From an uncultured Bacillota bacterium (GTDB lineage Bacteria; Sysuimicrobiota; Sysuimicrobiia; Sysuimicrobiales; Segetimicrobiaceae): a stretch of DNA of 64,000 bases. Shown here in pieces: positions 1 to 8,191 of the stretch. Each line of letters starts with the position of its first letter. Within the stretch, counting starts at the first letter, position 1. Both the position numbers and the translations under genes were made by a program. The DNA lies in contig CAWDRG010000019.1 of assembly GCA_963804645.1 (NCBI GenBank), positions 128,001 through 192,000 on the forward strand. The letters are read 5' to 3'. A model generated the notes under the pieces. The model was given only the letters and a program-made list of their open reading frames with translations, made no database searches and was not told the DNA's origin.

Positions 1-142
1 GTTTCGGCGCGGCTGCTCGGCCTCGCGCGGAAGGGGCCGGATCGCGGTCGGCTGTGACGCGGACCTGATGGTGCTCGACCGCGACGGCCGCATCGGCCTC
101 ACCGTGGCGCGGGGCGCGATCGCGCATTCGCGAATCGCGTGA
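1..142 (+). CDS. C-terminal end of an amidohydrolase (NagA-like), truncated by the window edge, with an apparent frameshift at G4 (33-36)
   Basis: Frame 1 reads VSARLLGLARKG and frame 2 continues RIAVGCDADLMVLD...IA*. Joined, they give the typical amidohydrolase tail A.LLGL..KG.I..G.DADL. Confidence 0.6.
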   Translation, partial: FRRGCSASRGRGRIAVGCDADLMVLDRDGRIGLTVARGAIAHSRIA

Positions 143-194
143 CGCCGCACGGCAGGGACACCGCGGCCGACGCCGAATCGTCACCCCGGCCCGC

Positions 195-1412
195 ATGGAC
201 ACCCTCGATCGCACCGAGCATGCCACGATCATCCGTAACGCCAACCGGATTGCCGTACGCGATCTCCGCTCCTGCTACAACCCCGACGGGATCGTCGCCG
301 GCCGGCAGCAGTTTAATGCGTACTGGGCCCGCGATGGATTTTGGGCGACGCTGGGGGCGAATGCGCTCGGGGACTATGGGCAGACGCTGACCCAGATCGG
401 ACTGTTTGTCCGGTTTCAGCGGCGGAACGGGTGCATCCCCGTGCGTGTGGAGTTCCTCGGCAAGAACATCGCGGGCTACCGCAAATTGCTGGCGAGGCCG
501 CGCGTGGTCGGGCGGGCAGGTGGGCTCTTCGCGGATCCGATCGACCTTTCGTCGCTCTTTGTGATCGCCGCGGCGCGGTACCTCGAGCAGACCCGTGATC
601 TCGTGTTTGCCGAACGCGTCGAGTCGGCGGTGGACCTCGCGCTTGGGTGGTTGCGCGGTCTGGACCGCAACCGCGACGGCCTGCTCGAGAGCCATTTTCT
701 CGCCGATTGGATGGACTCCATCCTCAAGATCAACCAGCTGCTGACGCTCAACGTGCTGTACTGGGCGGCGCTGCGTGCGGGGGAGGCGATCAAGCGGGCG
801 CTGCGCGCGGAGGAGGCCGCTGACCGTTATGGGGAGCTGGCGGCGCAGACGCACGCGACGCTCCACGCGTTCTTTTGGAACGGCGAGTACTTCGTGGATT
901 GGGTGCACGGTCGCCGACGGGGTGCGTTCGCCTCCGACGGCAACATCTTTGCGATGCTGTTCGGCCTGGCGACGCCGGCGCAGTCGACCCGAATCATGGC
1001 GTTCATCGCCCGGCGGGGACTGCAGCGGGACGCGCCGCTCCGCACCTGCGACCCGGTCTATCCGTGGTGGCGCGTGTTTCCCGCGTACTATCTCGCCGGC
1101 ATTCCCGATTATCACCGGTCGCTGATTTGGCCGTGGCAGGGCACCCTGTTTGCCCTGTGCAAGGCGCAGTTCGGGGACCGGGCGGGAGCGCTGGCCGACC
1201 TTGCCCAACTCGGTGAGTGGTACATCCGCTGGCACTCGGTGAGCGAAGTGTACACCCCCGATGGGCGCCCCCTCGCGCGGCCGTTCTACACGGCGGATGT
1301 CCCGTTCGCATGGAACGCCGGTACGTATGTCTACGTCGTCCACGCGTTGGGGCTCGGCGTCGAGCCGTCCCCGGGACCGGCGCCGGATCCGCGTGCTATG
1401 ATGACCGGGTGA
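195..1412 (+). CDS. (alpha/alpha)6-barrel glycoside hydrolase, amylo-alpha-1,6-glucosidase/GDE-like
   Basis: 405-aa ORF with YWARDG, DWMDS and YH...IWPW motifs and a C-terminal EVY...FAWNAG. Confidence 0.75.
   Translation: MDTLDRTEHATIIRNANRIAVRDLRSCYNPDGIVAGRQQFNAYWARDGFWATLGANALGDYGQTLTQIGLFVRFQRRNGCIPVRVEFLGKNIAGYRKLLARPRVVGRAGGLFADPIDLSSLFVIAAARYLEQTRDLVFAERVESAVDLALGWLRGLDRNRDGLLESHFLADWMDSILKINQLLTLNVLYWAALRAGEAIKRALRAEEAADRYGELAAQTHATLHAFFWNGEYFVDWVHGRRRGAFASDGNIFAMLFGLATPAQSTRIMAFIARRGLQRDAPLRTCDPVYPWWRVFPAYYLAGIPDYHRSLIWPWQGTLFALCKAQFGDRAGALADLAQLGEWYIRWHSVSEVYTPDGRPLARPFYTADVPFAWNAGTYVYVVHALGLGVEPSPGPAPDPRAMMTG
1394..1402 (+). promoter_or_regulatory. Extended -10 element (TG-C-TATGAT), probable leaderless promoter of the TlpA gene
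   Basis: TGCTATGAT lies 6 nt upstream of GTG 1409, with no Shine-Dalgarno in between. Confidence 0.5.
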
Positions 1413-1978
1413 GCGCGCCTGCACAGCGATCCTGGCGTCCGTTCGCGGGCCTGTTGGTTCCGGTCCTGGTGCTGCTCGTGCTGCTCGTGGTTGGGCTGTC
1501 GCGCCATGATCAGAGCCAGGTCGTGAGTGAGGAGCTGGCGCGCGGCGAGACCCCGAGCGCGCCGGTGATCTCAATGCCGGCATTCTCCGGACCCCCGCTG
1601 TCGCTCACGGCGCTGCGGGGACACGCGGTCGTGTTGAATTTTTGGGCGTCGTGGTGCATCCCGTGCCGGGCGGAGGCGCCGCAGCTCGAGTCGGTGTGGC
1701 GCGAGTTTCGTCCGAAGGGGTTGGTCGTCGTCGGAGTCGACACCCAAGACCTGATGACACCGGCACGTACGTTCTTGACCCAATACCGTCTGACGTTCCC
1801 CGCGGTGCGGGACCCCGACGGCGCGGTCGCGCGTCGGTTTGGCGCCACGGGCGTCCCGGAGACGTTCTTTATCAGCGCGGACGGCCGGATCCTCGGGAAG
1901 TTTCCCGGCGAGCAAGAGGACCCGGCCGTCTGGCGATCCGCCGCCTCGGCTCTGCTCGACGGCCGCGCCCCGCAGTAG
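1409..1978 (+). CDS. Membrane-anchored TlpA/ResA family thiol-disulfide oxidoreductase
   Basis: N-terminal hydrophobic helix, VLNFWASWCIPC (CxxC) and GVPETFFI (cis-Pro loop). Start moved to GTG 1409, overlapping the previous stop. Confidence 0.88.
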   Translation: MSAPAQRSWRPFAGLLVPVLVLLVLLVVGLSRHDQSQVVSEELARGETPSAPVISMPAFSGPPLSLTALRGHAVVLNFWASWCIPCRAEAPQLESVWREFRPKGLVVVGVDTQDLMTPARTFLTQYRLTFPAVRDPDGAVARRFGATGVPETFFISADGRILGKFPGEQEDPAVWRSAASALLDGRAPQ

Positions 1979-2023
1979 TAGCTCATCGCAAGGCCAGCCA
2001 TGTCATTCCCGAATAACCTATTG

Positions 2024-2052
2024 TTGACTTTATCACTCGAGAAGTGTAAACT
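2024..2052 (+). promoter_or_regulatory. sigma70-type promoter of the TetR-ECF operon
   Basis: TTGACT-N17-TAAACT in an AT-rich intergenic stretch. Confidence 0.7.
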
Positions 2053-2067
2053 TTAGGATGCTTCGGT

Positions 2068-2088
2068 CCTAGATCATACAGTACTAGG
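2068..2088. promoter_or_regulatory. Candidate TetR operator (inverted repeat)
   Basis: CCTAG-N11-CTAGG between the predicted transcription start and the TetR start codon. Confidence 0.45.
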
Positions 2089-2097
2089 GATGAAATT

Positions 2098-2688
2098 GTG
2101 GCTAGAGATCAGCGTAATAGGGAAAAACTGATCGAAACCGCGACGGCCCTCTTCCATCTACGAGGGTTTCAGCCGACGTCTCTGGATGAGGTGTTCGACC
2201 GTAGCGGGGTCTGCCGCAGTAATTTCTACTACTATTTCCGCAGCAAGGAGGATCTGGGACTCGAGGTCCTCGGCCGGCAGATCGAGGCGTTCGCCGATCG
2301 CGTCATTCGCGGAATCCTGGAGGATACCAGGTTGAGCCCTCGCGAGCGGGTGGCGCGTCTGTTCGAGACGGTGATCAGTGAGATGCGGAACGGGTCGTAC
2401 CGGGGCGGGTGCCCGTTCGGCAACCTGGTCGCCGAGATGTGCGGAGCCCATCCGGAGTTCCGGGCTCGATTGAGCGCATTCTTTGAGCGCTGGCAGGAAG
2501 CGGTGGAACGGTGCTTGGCCGAGGGCGTCGGGCGCGGAGAGTTCCGCGCGGACCTCGACGCCAGGGGTGTGGCGATCGCGCTGGTCGGCGAGATCGAGGG
2601 CGCGGTCCTGTTGGCGAAAGCGCACGGTCATGGGGCCCCCATTGAGGCGGGGGCGCAGGCGATGTTGATGCTACTGGAAAGCAGGTGA
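2098..2688 (+). CDS. TetR/AcrR family regulator (NemR/LmrA-like)
   Basis: N-terminal HTH (GF..TSLDEV...SGV.RSNFYYYFRSKEDL) and GGCPFGNL motif. Confidence 0.9.
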   Translation: MARDQRNREKLIETATALFHLRGFQPTSLDEVFDRSGVCRSNFYYYFRSKEDLGLEVLGRQIEAFADRVIRGILEDTRLSPRERVARLFETVISEMRNGSYRGGCPFGNLVAEMCGAHPEFRARLSAFFERWQEAVERCLAEGVGRGEFRADLDARGVAIALVGEIEGAVLLAKAHGHGAPIEAGAQAMLMLLESR

Positions 2689-2717
2689 GGGGCGTGGAAA
2701 ACTCTACCCGTCGTGTA

Positions 2718-3329
2718 ATGGCGGCACCGGTCGCGCAGGCGGAATCCCTGTCGGTCGAAGCGCTTCGGCGTGCGACCACCGGCGGCTCGGCGTCGACCGA
2801 GGCGATCTTGTTTGAGGAGATGGTCACGTCGCACCTCGATCCGCTCTACCGGACCGCGCTCCGGCTGACCGGACGGCCGCAGGACGCCGAGGATTTGGTG
2901 CAGGAAACCTACCTGCGCGCGTGGCGGTCGCTGCATACGTACCGGCCGGGCACGAATCCGAAGGCGTGGCTGTTCCGGATTCTGCACAACGCGCACATCG
3001 ATCGCTACCGGGTCTCGACGCGGACCGTGCAGACCGTGGATGAGATCGAGGGACAGGACCCGGCGTTCGTCGTGAACGAAACGCCCGAGTCGGTCGTGCT
3101 CTCCGGCGTCATGGATGCGGAGATTCGGCAGGCCCTGATGGATCTGCCCGAGGTGTTTCGGTCCTGCCTGATCCTGGCGGACCTTGAGGGGTTTTCGTAC
3201 CAGGAGATCGCGGACATCCTCGCGATCCCTCGGGGCACGGTGATGAGCCGCTTGTTCCGGGGTCGTCGGGCGATGCGGCGCTCGCTCGCGACCTACGGGC
3301 GCGAGCACGGCTACGTGAAGGTCAACTGA
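2718..3329 (+). CDS. ECF sigma factor (SigH/SigR-like)
   Basis: DAEDLVQETYLRAW, KAWLFRI, EGFSYQEIADIL and GTVMSRLFRGR. An alternative start is GTG 2685. Confidence 0.9.
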   Translation: MAAPVAQAESLSVEALRRATTGGSASTEAILFEEMVTSHLDPLYRTALRLTGRPQDAEDLVQETYLRAWRSLHTYRPGTNPKAWLFRILHNAHIDRYRVSTRTVQTVDEIEGQDPAFVVNETPESVVLSGVMDAEIRQALMDLPEVFRSCLILADLEGFSYQEIADILAIPRGTVMSRLFRGRRAMRRSLATYGREHGYVKVN

Positions 3330-3346
3330 TTCGCGCGGAGATCGCG

Positions 3347-3382
3347 GCACAACGGCCCCGGCGCATGCCGGGGCCGTTGTGC
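3347..3382 (+). terminator. Perfect 16-bp hairpin after the ECF sigma gene
   Basis: GCACAACGGCCCCGGC-GCAT-GCCGGGGCCGTTGTGC; no clear poly-U tail. Confidence 0.65.
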
Positions 3383-3456
3383 GTGTCGGGGCAGGGGGCC
3401 CTCCGGCCGGCGCGAACCTCCACCTGCGCATACGAGCACGGCACGTGGAGGCCCCG

Positions 3457-4059
3457 ATGCCTGGTGATCTGAGCATTCTTGCGGCAAGACGTACGGTTCG
3501 ATTTTACACCCCGGACGCCGTGCCCGATGACGTGGTCCGCGCGCTGTTCGAGGCGGCGAACCTGGCGCCGTCGGCGCACAACGCGCAGGCGGCGCGCTTC
3601 ATCATCATCCGCTCGCCGGAACTGCGTCGGCGCTTGACCGCTCGCATGTCTCGGCGCTGGCGGCGGGATCTCGAGCGCGCGGGCACGAGCGAGGCGGCCA
3701 TTCGCGTGCAGCTCCGGTTTTCTGAGCGCCGGTTCGGGCAGGCCCCGCTGCTGATTCTGGTCGGCTACACGCTGGAGGACATGGACGAGTATCCCGATCG
3801 GGCGCGCCGCGCGGCCGAGGCGACGATGGCGTCGCAGAGCGCGGCGGCCGCGACGCAGAACCTGTTGCTCGCCGCGGCCGCCCACGGGCTCGGGGGCTGC
3901 TGGACGTGCGCGCCGCTGTTCTGTCCGGGAATCGTGCGCCGGGCCCTCGATCTTCCGGCGTCGTTTGTCCCGCAGGCGCTGCTGACGATCGGCTATCCGG
4001 CGCATACCCCGCCCATGCCGCCGCGCAAGCCCATCGATGCGATCGTGAGCGTTCGGTAG
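3457..4059 (+). CDS. Stand-alone nitroreductase resembling the FbiB C-terminal domain (probable dehydro-F420 reductase, FbiE-like)
   Basis: RRTVRFY, APSAHNAQ, W..DL...G, YPD..R..AE and GGCWTCAPLFCP motifs; directly upstream of cofD. GGAGG precedes ATG 3457. Confidence 0.8.
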   Translation: MPGDLSILAARRTVRFYTPDAVPDDVVRALFEAANLAPSAHNAQAARFIIIRSPELRRRLTARMSRRWRRDLERAGTSEAAIRVQLRFSERRFGQAPLLILVGYTLEDMDEYPDRARRAAEATMASQSAAAATQNLLLAAAAHGLGGCWTCAPLFCPGIVRRALDLPASFVPQALLTIGYPAHTPPMPPRKPIDAIVSVR

Positions 4060-4067
4060 GCGCCGCG

Positions 4068-5042
4068 ATGATCACCGTGCTGTGCGGCGGGGTGGGCGGC
4101 GCGAAGCTGGTCGACGGGCTCGCGGCGGTGCTGCCGGATCCGTCGGACCTTACGGTCGTGGTGAACACCGCCGACGACTGCGCGTGTTGGGGGCTGCACG
4201 TCTCGCCCGACGTCGACACGGTGCTGTATACCCTGGCGGGGCTCGCGAGCCGCACGCAGGGGTGGGGCATCGAGGGCGACACGTGGAGCGCGCTCGACAT
4301 GCTCGGACGCTACGGACTGCCCACGTGGTTTCGGATCGGCGACCGGGACCTCGCGATCCATCTGGCCCGCACACAGCGGCTGCGCGAGGGGCGGCGCTTG
4401 ACCGACGTGACGCTCTCCCTCGCGCGGGCGCTCGGGGTGCGGCCCAAGGTGCTGCCGATGTGCGATGAGCCGGTGGCGACGGTGGTCCACACGCCGTTCG
4501 GGCCGGTCCCGTTTCAGGAATACTTCGTGGCGCGTCGCGCCGCCGATCCGGTGGTCGGTCTTGAGTTCACCGGCATCAGCCGTGCCGAGATCACGCCCGA
4601 GGTCGCCCGCGCGGTCCGGGACGCTGCGCTGGTGATCGTGGCGCCAAGCAATCCCCTCGTCAGCATCGGGCCGATCCTCGCCGTCCCCGGCGCGGGCGAC
4701 GCGCTGGTGGAAAGCCGGGCCCTGCGTATGGCCGTCACCCCGCTCGTCGGCGGCCGGGCGATCAAGGGCCCCACCGTGGAGATGCTCGAGGGATTGAAGA
4801 TGCCCGCCGGGCCGTCCGCTGTCGCGGCGCTGTACCGCGAGTTCCTGGACGTGTTTGTGCTGGACGCGCAGGATCGCGCGGAGGCGCCGTCGGTGTCCGC
4901 CGTCGCGGCGCCAGACCGTCCGATCGCGGTCGAGTGCACGGACACGATCATGATGGACGCCGAGGCGCGTCGCCGCCTCGCCCGCGAGGTCCTGGAGATC
5001 GCTCGGCGGCGCGGCGCCGCGGTGCCGGCCCCGCGCGCGTGA
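4068..5042 (+). CDS. cofD: 2-phospho-L-lactate/PEP transferase (CofD/FbiA)
   Basis: GGVGGAKL, VNTADD, GLHVSPDVDTVLYTLAG, WFRIGDRD, FQEYFV and PSNPLVSIGPIL motifs. Confidence 0.93.
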   Translation: MITVLCGGVGGAKLVDGLAAVLPDPSDLTVVVNTADDCACWGLHVSPDVDTVLYTLAGLASRTQGWGIEGDTWSALDMLGRYGLPTWFRIGDRDLAIHLARTQRLREGRRLTDVTLSLARALGVRPKVLPMCDEPVATVVHTPFGPVPFQEYFVARRAADPVVGLEFTGISRAEITPEVARAVRDAALVIVAPSNPLVSIGPILAVPGAGDALVESRALRMAVTPLVGGRAIKGPTVEMLEGLKMPAGPSAVAALYREFLDVFVLDAQDRAEAPSVSAVAAPDRPIAVECTDTIMMDAEARRRLAREVLEIARRRGAAVPAPRA

Positions 5043-5623
5043 GCGTCTACGCGCTTGTTCCCCAGAAGCGCCTCGCCGACGCCAAGAGCCGGCTCGGCGC
5101 CGTGTTGGCGGTCGATGAGCGCGCCGCGCTGTCGCGCAGGCTGCTCGCCCACGTGTGCTACGCGGTGCGGGCGGTCGCCGGTGTCGAAGGGCTGACGATC
5201 GTGACGCCCGACCTCGCGGTCCGCGAGTGGGCGCGCCGCTGGGGCTGCGAGACCGTCGTGGACCCCGAGCGGGGCTTGAACCCGGCGCTGGCGCACGCCC
5301 TGCGCCTGCCGCGGTGTGACGGACGCGACGTGCTGATCCTGGCGGCCGATCTGCCGTGGGTCCGGCCGTCAGACGTCGCGGCGGTCCTCGCGGCCGGGGG
5401 CGCCGGGCGTTTCGTGCTCGCTCCGTCGAAGGACGGGCTCGGCACGGGCGCGCTGCTCATCCCGAGGGGCGCGCGGTTCATCCCCGAGTTCGGGGCGGGG
5501 AGCCGGGCGGCGCACCGGCGGGCGGCCGCGGGGCTCGGTCTCGAGGTGGTCGAGCTCGTGCGGCCCGGGCTGGCGTTCGATCTCGACGGGCCGGAGGATC
5601 TCGCCGCGCTGCACGCCGGATGA
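5039..5623 (+). CDS. cofC: Phospholactate/PEP guanylyltransferase (CofC/FbiD)
   Basis: VPQK.L..AKSRL, GLNPAL, ADLP, FG.GS...H and DLD.PEDL motifs; GTGA overlap with the cofD stop. Confidence 0.88.
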   Translation: MSVYALVPQKRLADAKSRLGAVLAVDERAALSRRLLAHVCYAVRAVAGVEGLTIVTPDLAVREWARRWGCETVVDPERGLNPALAHALRLPRCDGRDVLILAADLPWVRPSDVAAVLAAGGAGRFVLAPSKDGLGTGALLIPRGARFIPEFGAGSRAAHRRAAAGLGLEVVELVRPGLAFDLDGPEDLAALHAG

Positions 5624-5655
5624 CCGGGCGCCCGGGACGCGCGGGCTCGTTCATA

Positions 5656-6693
5656 TCAGAGCCAGGGGTAGCGCGGCTCGCGGTACATGCGGCCGAAATC
5701 CATCGCGTTGGACACCATGAAGCGGAGCAGGTCGACGATGTGGCCGTGGAGCGGGCCCGGCACGCCGTCGGCGCCGACGTCGAGCAGGCCGGAATCCGCG
5801 TTGTTGGCGCCCGCGTTTGTGCACAGGGCGTACGCGCGCGCGTCGATGTCACGGTCGTGAATGATTTCGCGGCGCGACAGGAGCAGCGCGAGCGCCGCCT
5901 CGATGCCGTACGCGCCCCAGTTGGACACCGCGGCCGTGACGAGCAGATCGGTGCCGACCACCGGCACGATCGTGCCCTCGCACGGACAGTTGCACCGCTC
6001 GGCGTGCGGCACGACGCTCAGGATCGTGTCCCGGATCTTCGCGCACCCGAGCTCATTGCCGCCGTCGCCCACGCCGATCGTCAGCAGCCCGCGCTCGCCC
6101 GCGGCTCGAAACAGCGCGTCGATCTTGGCGCAGTGCTCGGTCAGGCGGCGGCCGCCCGCGGAGTGGTACTCCCCGAGCTCGTTCGCGCCGGGCCGCTCGA
6201 TGGCGATCAGGGCGGCGGGCCGCAGCGCGTCGAGCAGTTCCGTCGCCCGGGCCTCCGCGTCCGGCCACCCGAGCGGGAACGGGATCACCGCGGTCGTGGT
6301 CGGGAGGCGCACGGCATCCGCGACGGAGCGCACGGACAGCCCGCTGCCCCGCGCCGCCGCGGTGCAGATCTCGACGTTGCCGGGATCGGTGACGATCACG
6401 GGATGTGCCCGCTTCGCGAGGACGAGCGCGCGCGCCAGGGTGGCGGCGCCGACCGGTCCGTCCTGCTCGCCCGCGAACCAGGGGAAGATCGGCAGGCCGG
6501 TCGCGAGGATCACCACGTCATCGCGCTGCACCGTCTCGAGCAGTCGCGCGGCCGCCTCGAGGCACAGCGGGCCGGATTGCGCGCGTCTGGCAGCCTGATA
6601 CATGGCCCCGATGACGCCCCGGCCGCTGACCTCGGCGTTCACCAACTGGTCGATCCCCTCGCCCATGGCGGTCTGTTCAGGCGTGGGGGGCAC
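5656..6693 (-). CDS. D-glutamate cyclase domain (DUF4392-like) protein
   Basis: TG.P....EQDGP.GA, IAIERPG, IGVGDGGNELG and VSNWGAYG motifs. GTG 6693 has GGAGG upstream; an alternative start is ATG 6666. Confidence 0.8.
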   Translation of the reverse strand: MPPTPEQTAMGEGIDQLVNAEVSGRGVIGAMYQAARRAQSGPLCLEAAARLLETVQRDDVVILATGLPIFPWFAGEQDGPVGAATLARALVLAKRAHPVIVTDPGNVEICTAAARGSGLSVRSVADAVRLPTTTAVIPFPLGWPDAEARATELLDALRPAALIAIERPGANELGEYHSAGGRRLTEHCAKIDALFRAAGERGLLTIGVGDGGNELGCAKIRDTILSVVPHAERCNCPCEGTIVPVVGTDLLVTAAVSNWGAYGIEAALALLLSRREIIHDRDIDARAYALCTNAGANNADSGLLDVGADGVPGPLHGHIVDLLRFMVSNAMDFGRMYREPRYPWL

Positions 6694-6789
6694 GGGGCGG
6701 GTCCTCCGGGGCTTCGGATGTGCCGCCCGCACAACGCGGGGTCCCACCGGGACCCCGCGCATGCCGTCTGGTGCGTTGTCGCGAGCGCG

Positions 6790-7305
6790 TCAGAATTTGA
6801 ACGTCGGCGGGAGCGTCGGCGCCGTCGGCGCCGGCGCGTTCATGCCCGGAGGCGGGGCTCCCGGGAATCCGGGAATCTGGGGGCCGCCGTACGGCTGCAT
6901 GAAGAAGAACTCCGGATTCTGATCGCCCTGCGGCGGCCGGAGCTGATAGAGCCGCCCCTGATAGTAGAAGAGAATCTGGTTGCAATCCTGGCCGCCGCCT
7001 GGCGCGGACTGTCCGGGTCCGACGTTATTCCCCCCGGCGCCCGGGGACTGCGGTCCCGGGCCGAAGCTGTTCCCGTGGTCGGGAGGCGGCGGGACAGGGA
7101 CGAACTCCCGCGGCGGTGTCGGGTTCTCAAATGGCCCTTGCGCCTGGACCGGCCGCACGGCGAGCGGCGCTCCGGTGCGCGCCTCGGAGACCGCGAGCCC
7201 CGCGTGCCAGCCGCCGACCGCTGCGGCGCCTCCAAGCGCGGCCAGGCTCACGCCCGATCCCACGACGATTCCTAGGGCGAGCACCTTCAGGGTCCGACCG
7301 TCCAT
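6790..7305 (-). CDS. Exported Pro/Gly-rich hypothetical protein
   Basis: GGAGG RBS, N-terminal hydrophobic segment and an upstream extended -10 (TGCTACCAT at about 7340-7348). Confidence 0.7.
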   Translation of the reverse strand: MDGRTLKVLALGIVVGSGVSLAALGGAAAVGGWHAGLAVSEARTGAPLAVRPVQAQGPFENPTPPREFVPVPPPPDHGNSFGPGPQSPGAGGNNVGPGQSAPGGGQDCNQILFYYQGRLYQLRPPQGDQNPEFFFMQPYGGPQIPGFPGAPPPGMNAPAPTAPTLPPTFKF

Positions 7306-7613
7306 CGCGGTCCTCCTCGCGAGCGAGCCTCTAACGCCGATGGTAGCACACGCCGAATGGGTTTCCTAGGCGTCCGCGCGGCGGTCGCTCTGTGATGCGC
7401 GTCCGTCCGGCGCCGCGACCACTCGGCGTTCGCCGCTACGCTTCGGGACCCCGGGCGGCGCTCCTTCTTGCACCGCGGCTCGAACTGCGCATCCACCGGC
7501 GGCGCGCGCGTGACGGGCGCGATTCGATGGGGCCGATGTCTCTTCGGTTTGGGAAAAGGGGCACGTTAGAAGTGTGCGAACCACACTTGGGGGGTACGGA
7601 GAGGAGCGGGAGC

Positions 7614-8114
7614 GTGGACAATCGGGAGGTAGAGGCGCTGGCAGCACGGCTGGCGGTGGTGGAGCGTCGATTTCGCACGGCGACGGTAGTGTGGCTCGGG
7701 ATCGTCATCGCGGTGATCGGACTCTCGATTGGCGCGCAGCGGGCGTTCTCGCAGACGCAGGCGGTGCAGACGCGGGAACTGGATATCGTCGACGGGAGCG
7801 GGCGGACCCGCATCGCGCTCGCGTTGAGCACCAACGGCAATCCCGGGATGTGGGTGTACGACGCCAACGGGAAGACGCGAGCCTTCTTTGGCCTCTCGGG
7901 CGCGACGCAGCCGACGCCGACGTTGAGCCTCAGCGACCCGAACGAGCGGACGCGCGCATTCATTGGATTTGGGACGACCGGCGAGTCCACCCCGCAGGTG
8001 GATCTCAGTGATCCCCAAGGCGTGCAGCGCCTGTACATGGGGTGGAACACGGCCGAGAAGCCTTGGTTCTCCGTGTCCGACGAGTCCGGCAAGACCATGT
8101 GGTCCCAGCCGTAG
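7614..8114 (+). CDS. Membrane-anchored hypothetical protein with tandem beta-type repeats
   Basis: GGAG RBS before GTG 7614, short coiled coil, a TM helix, then about 4.5 repeats of D..G..R.......P.L.L. Confidence 0.75.
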   Translation: MDNREVEALAARLAVVERRFRTATVVWLGIVIAVIGLSIGAQRAFSQTQAVQTRELDIVDGSGRTRIALALSTNGNPGMWVYDANGKTRAFFGLSGATQPTPTLSLSDPNERTRAFIGFGTTGESTPQVDLSDPQGVQRLYMGWNTAEKPWFSVSDESGKTMWSQP

Positions 8115-8191
8115 CCGCTCTGCGCTGCGCCCGCGGTCCCGTCAGCGACGAACCGCAGCGCGGGGCCGCGGCGATAGTGCGCACGACGGCG

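Noticed and set aside
7366..7600. Small ORFs or a structured RNA between the two hypothetical genes
   Set aside because: There is no RBS-supported start, recognisable motif or convincing fold.
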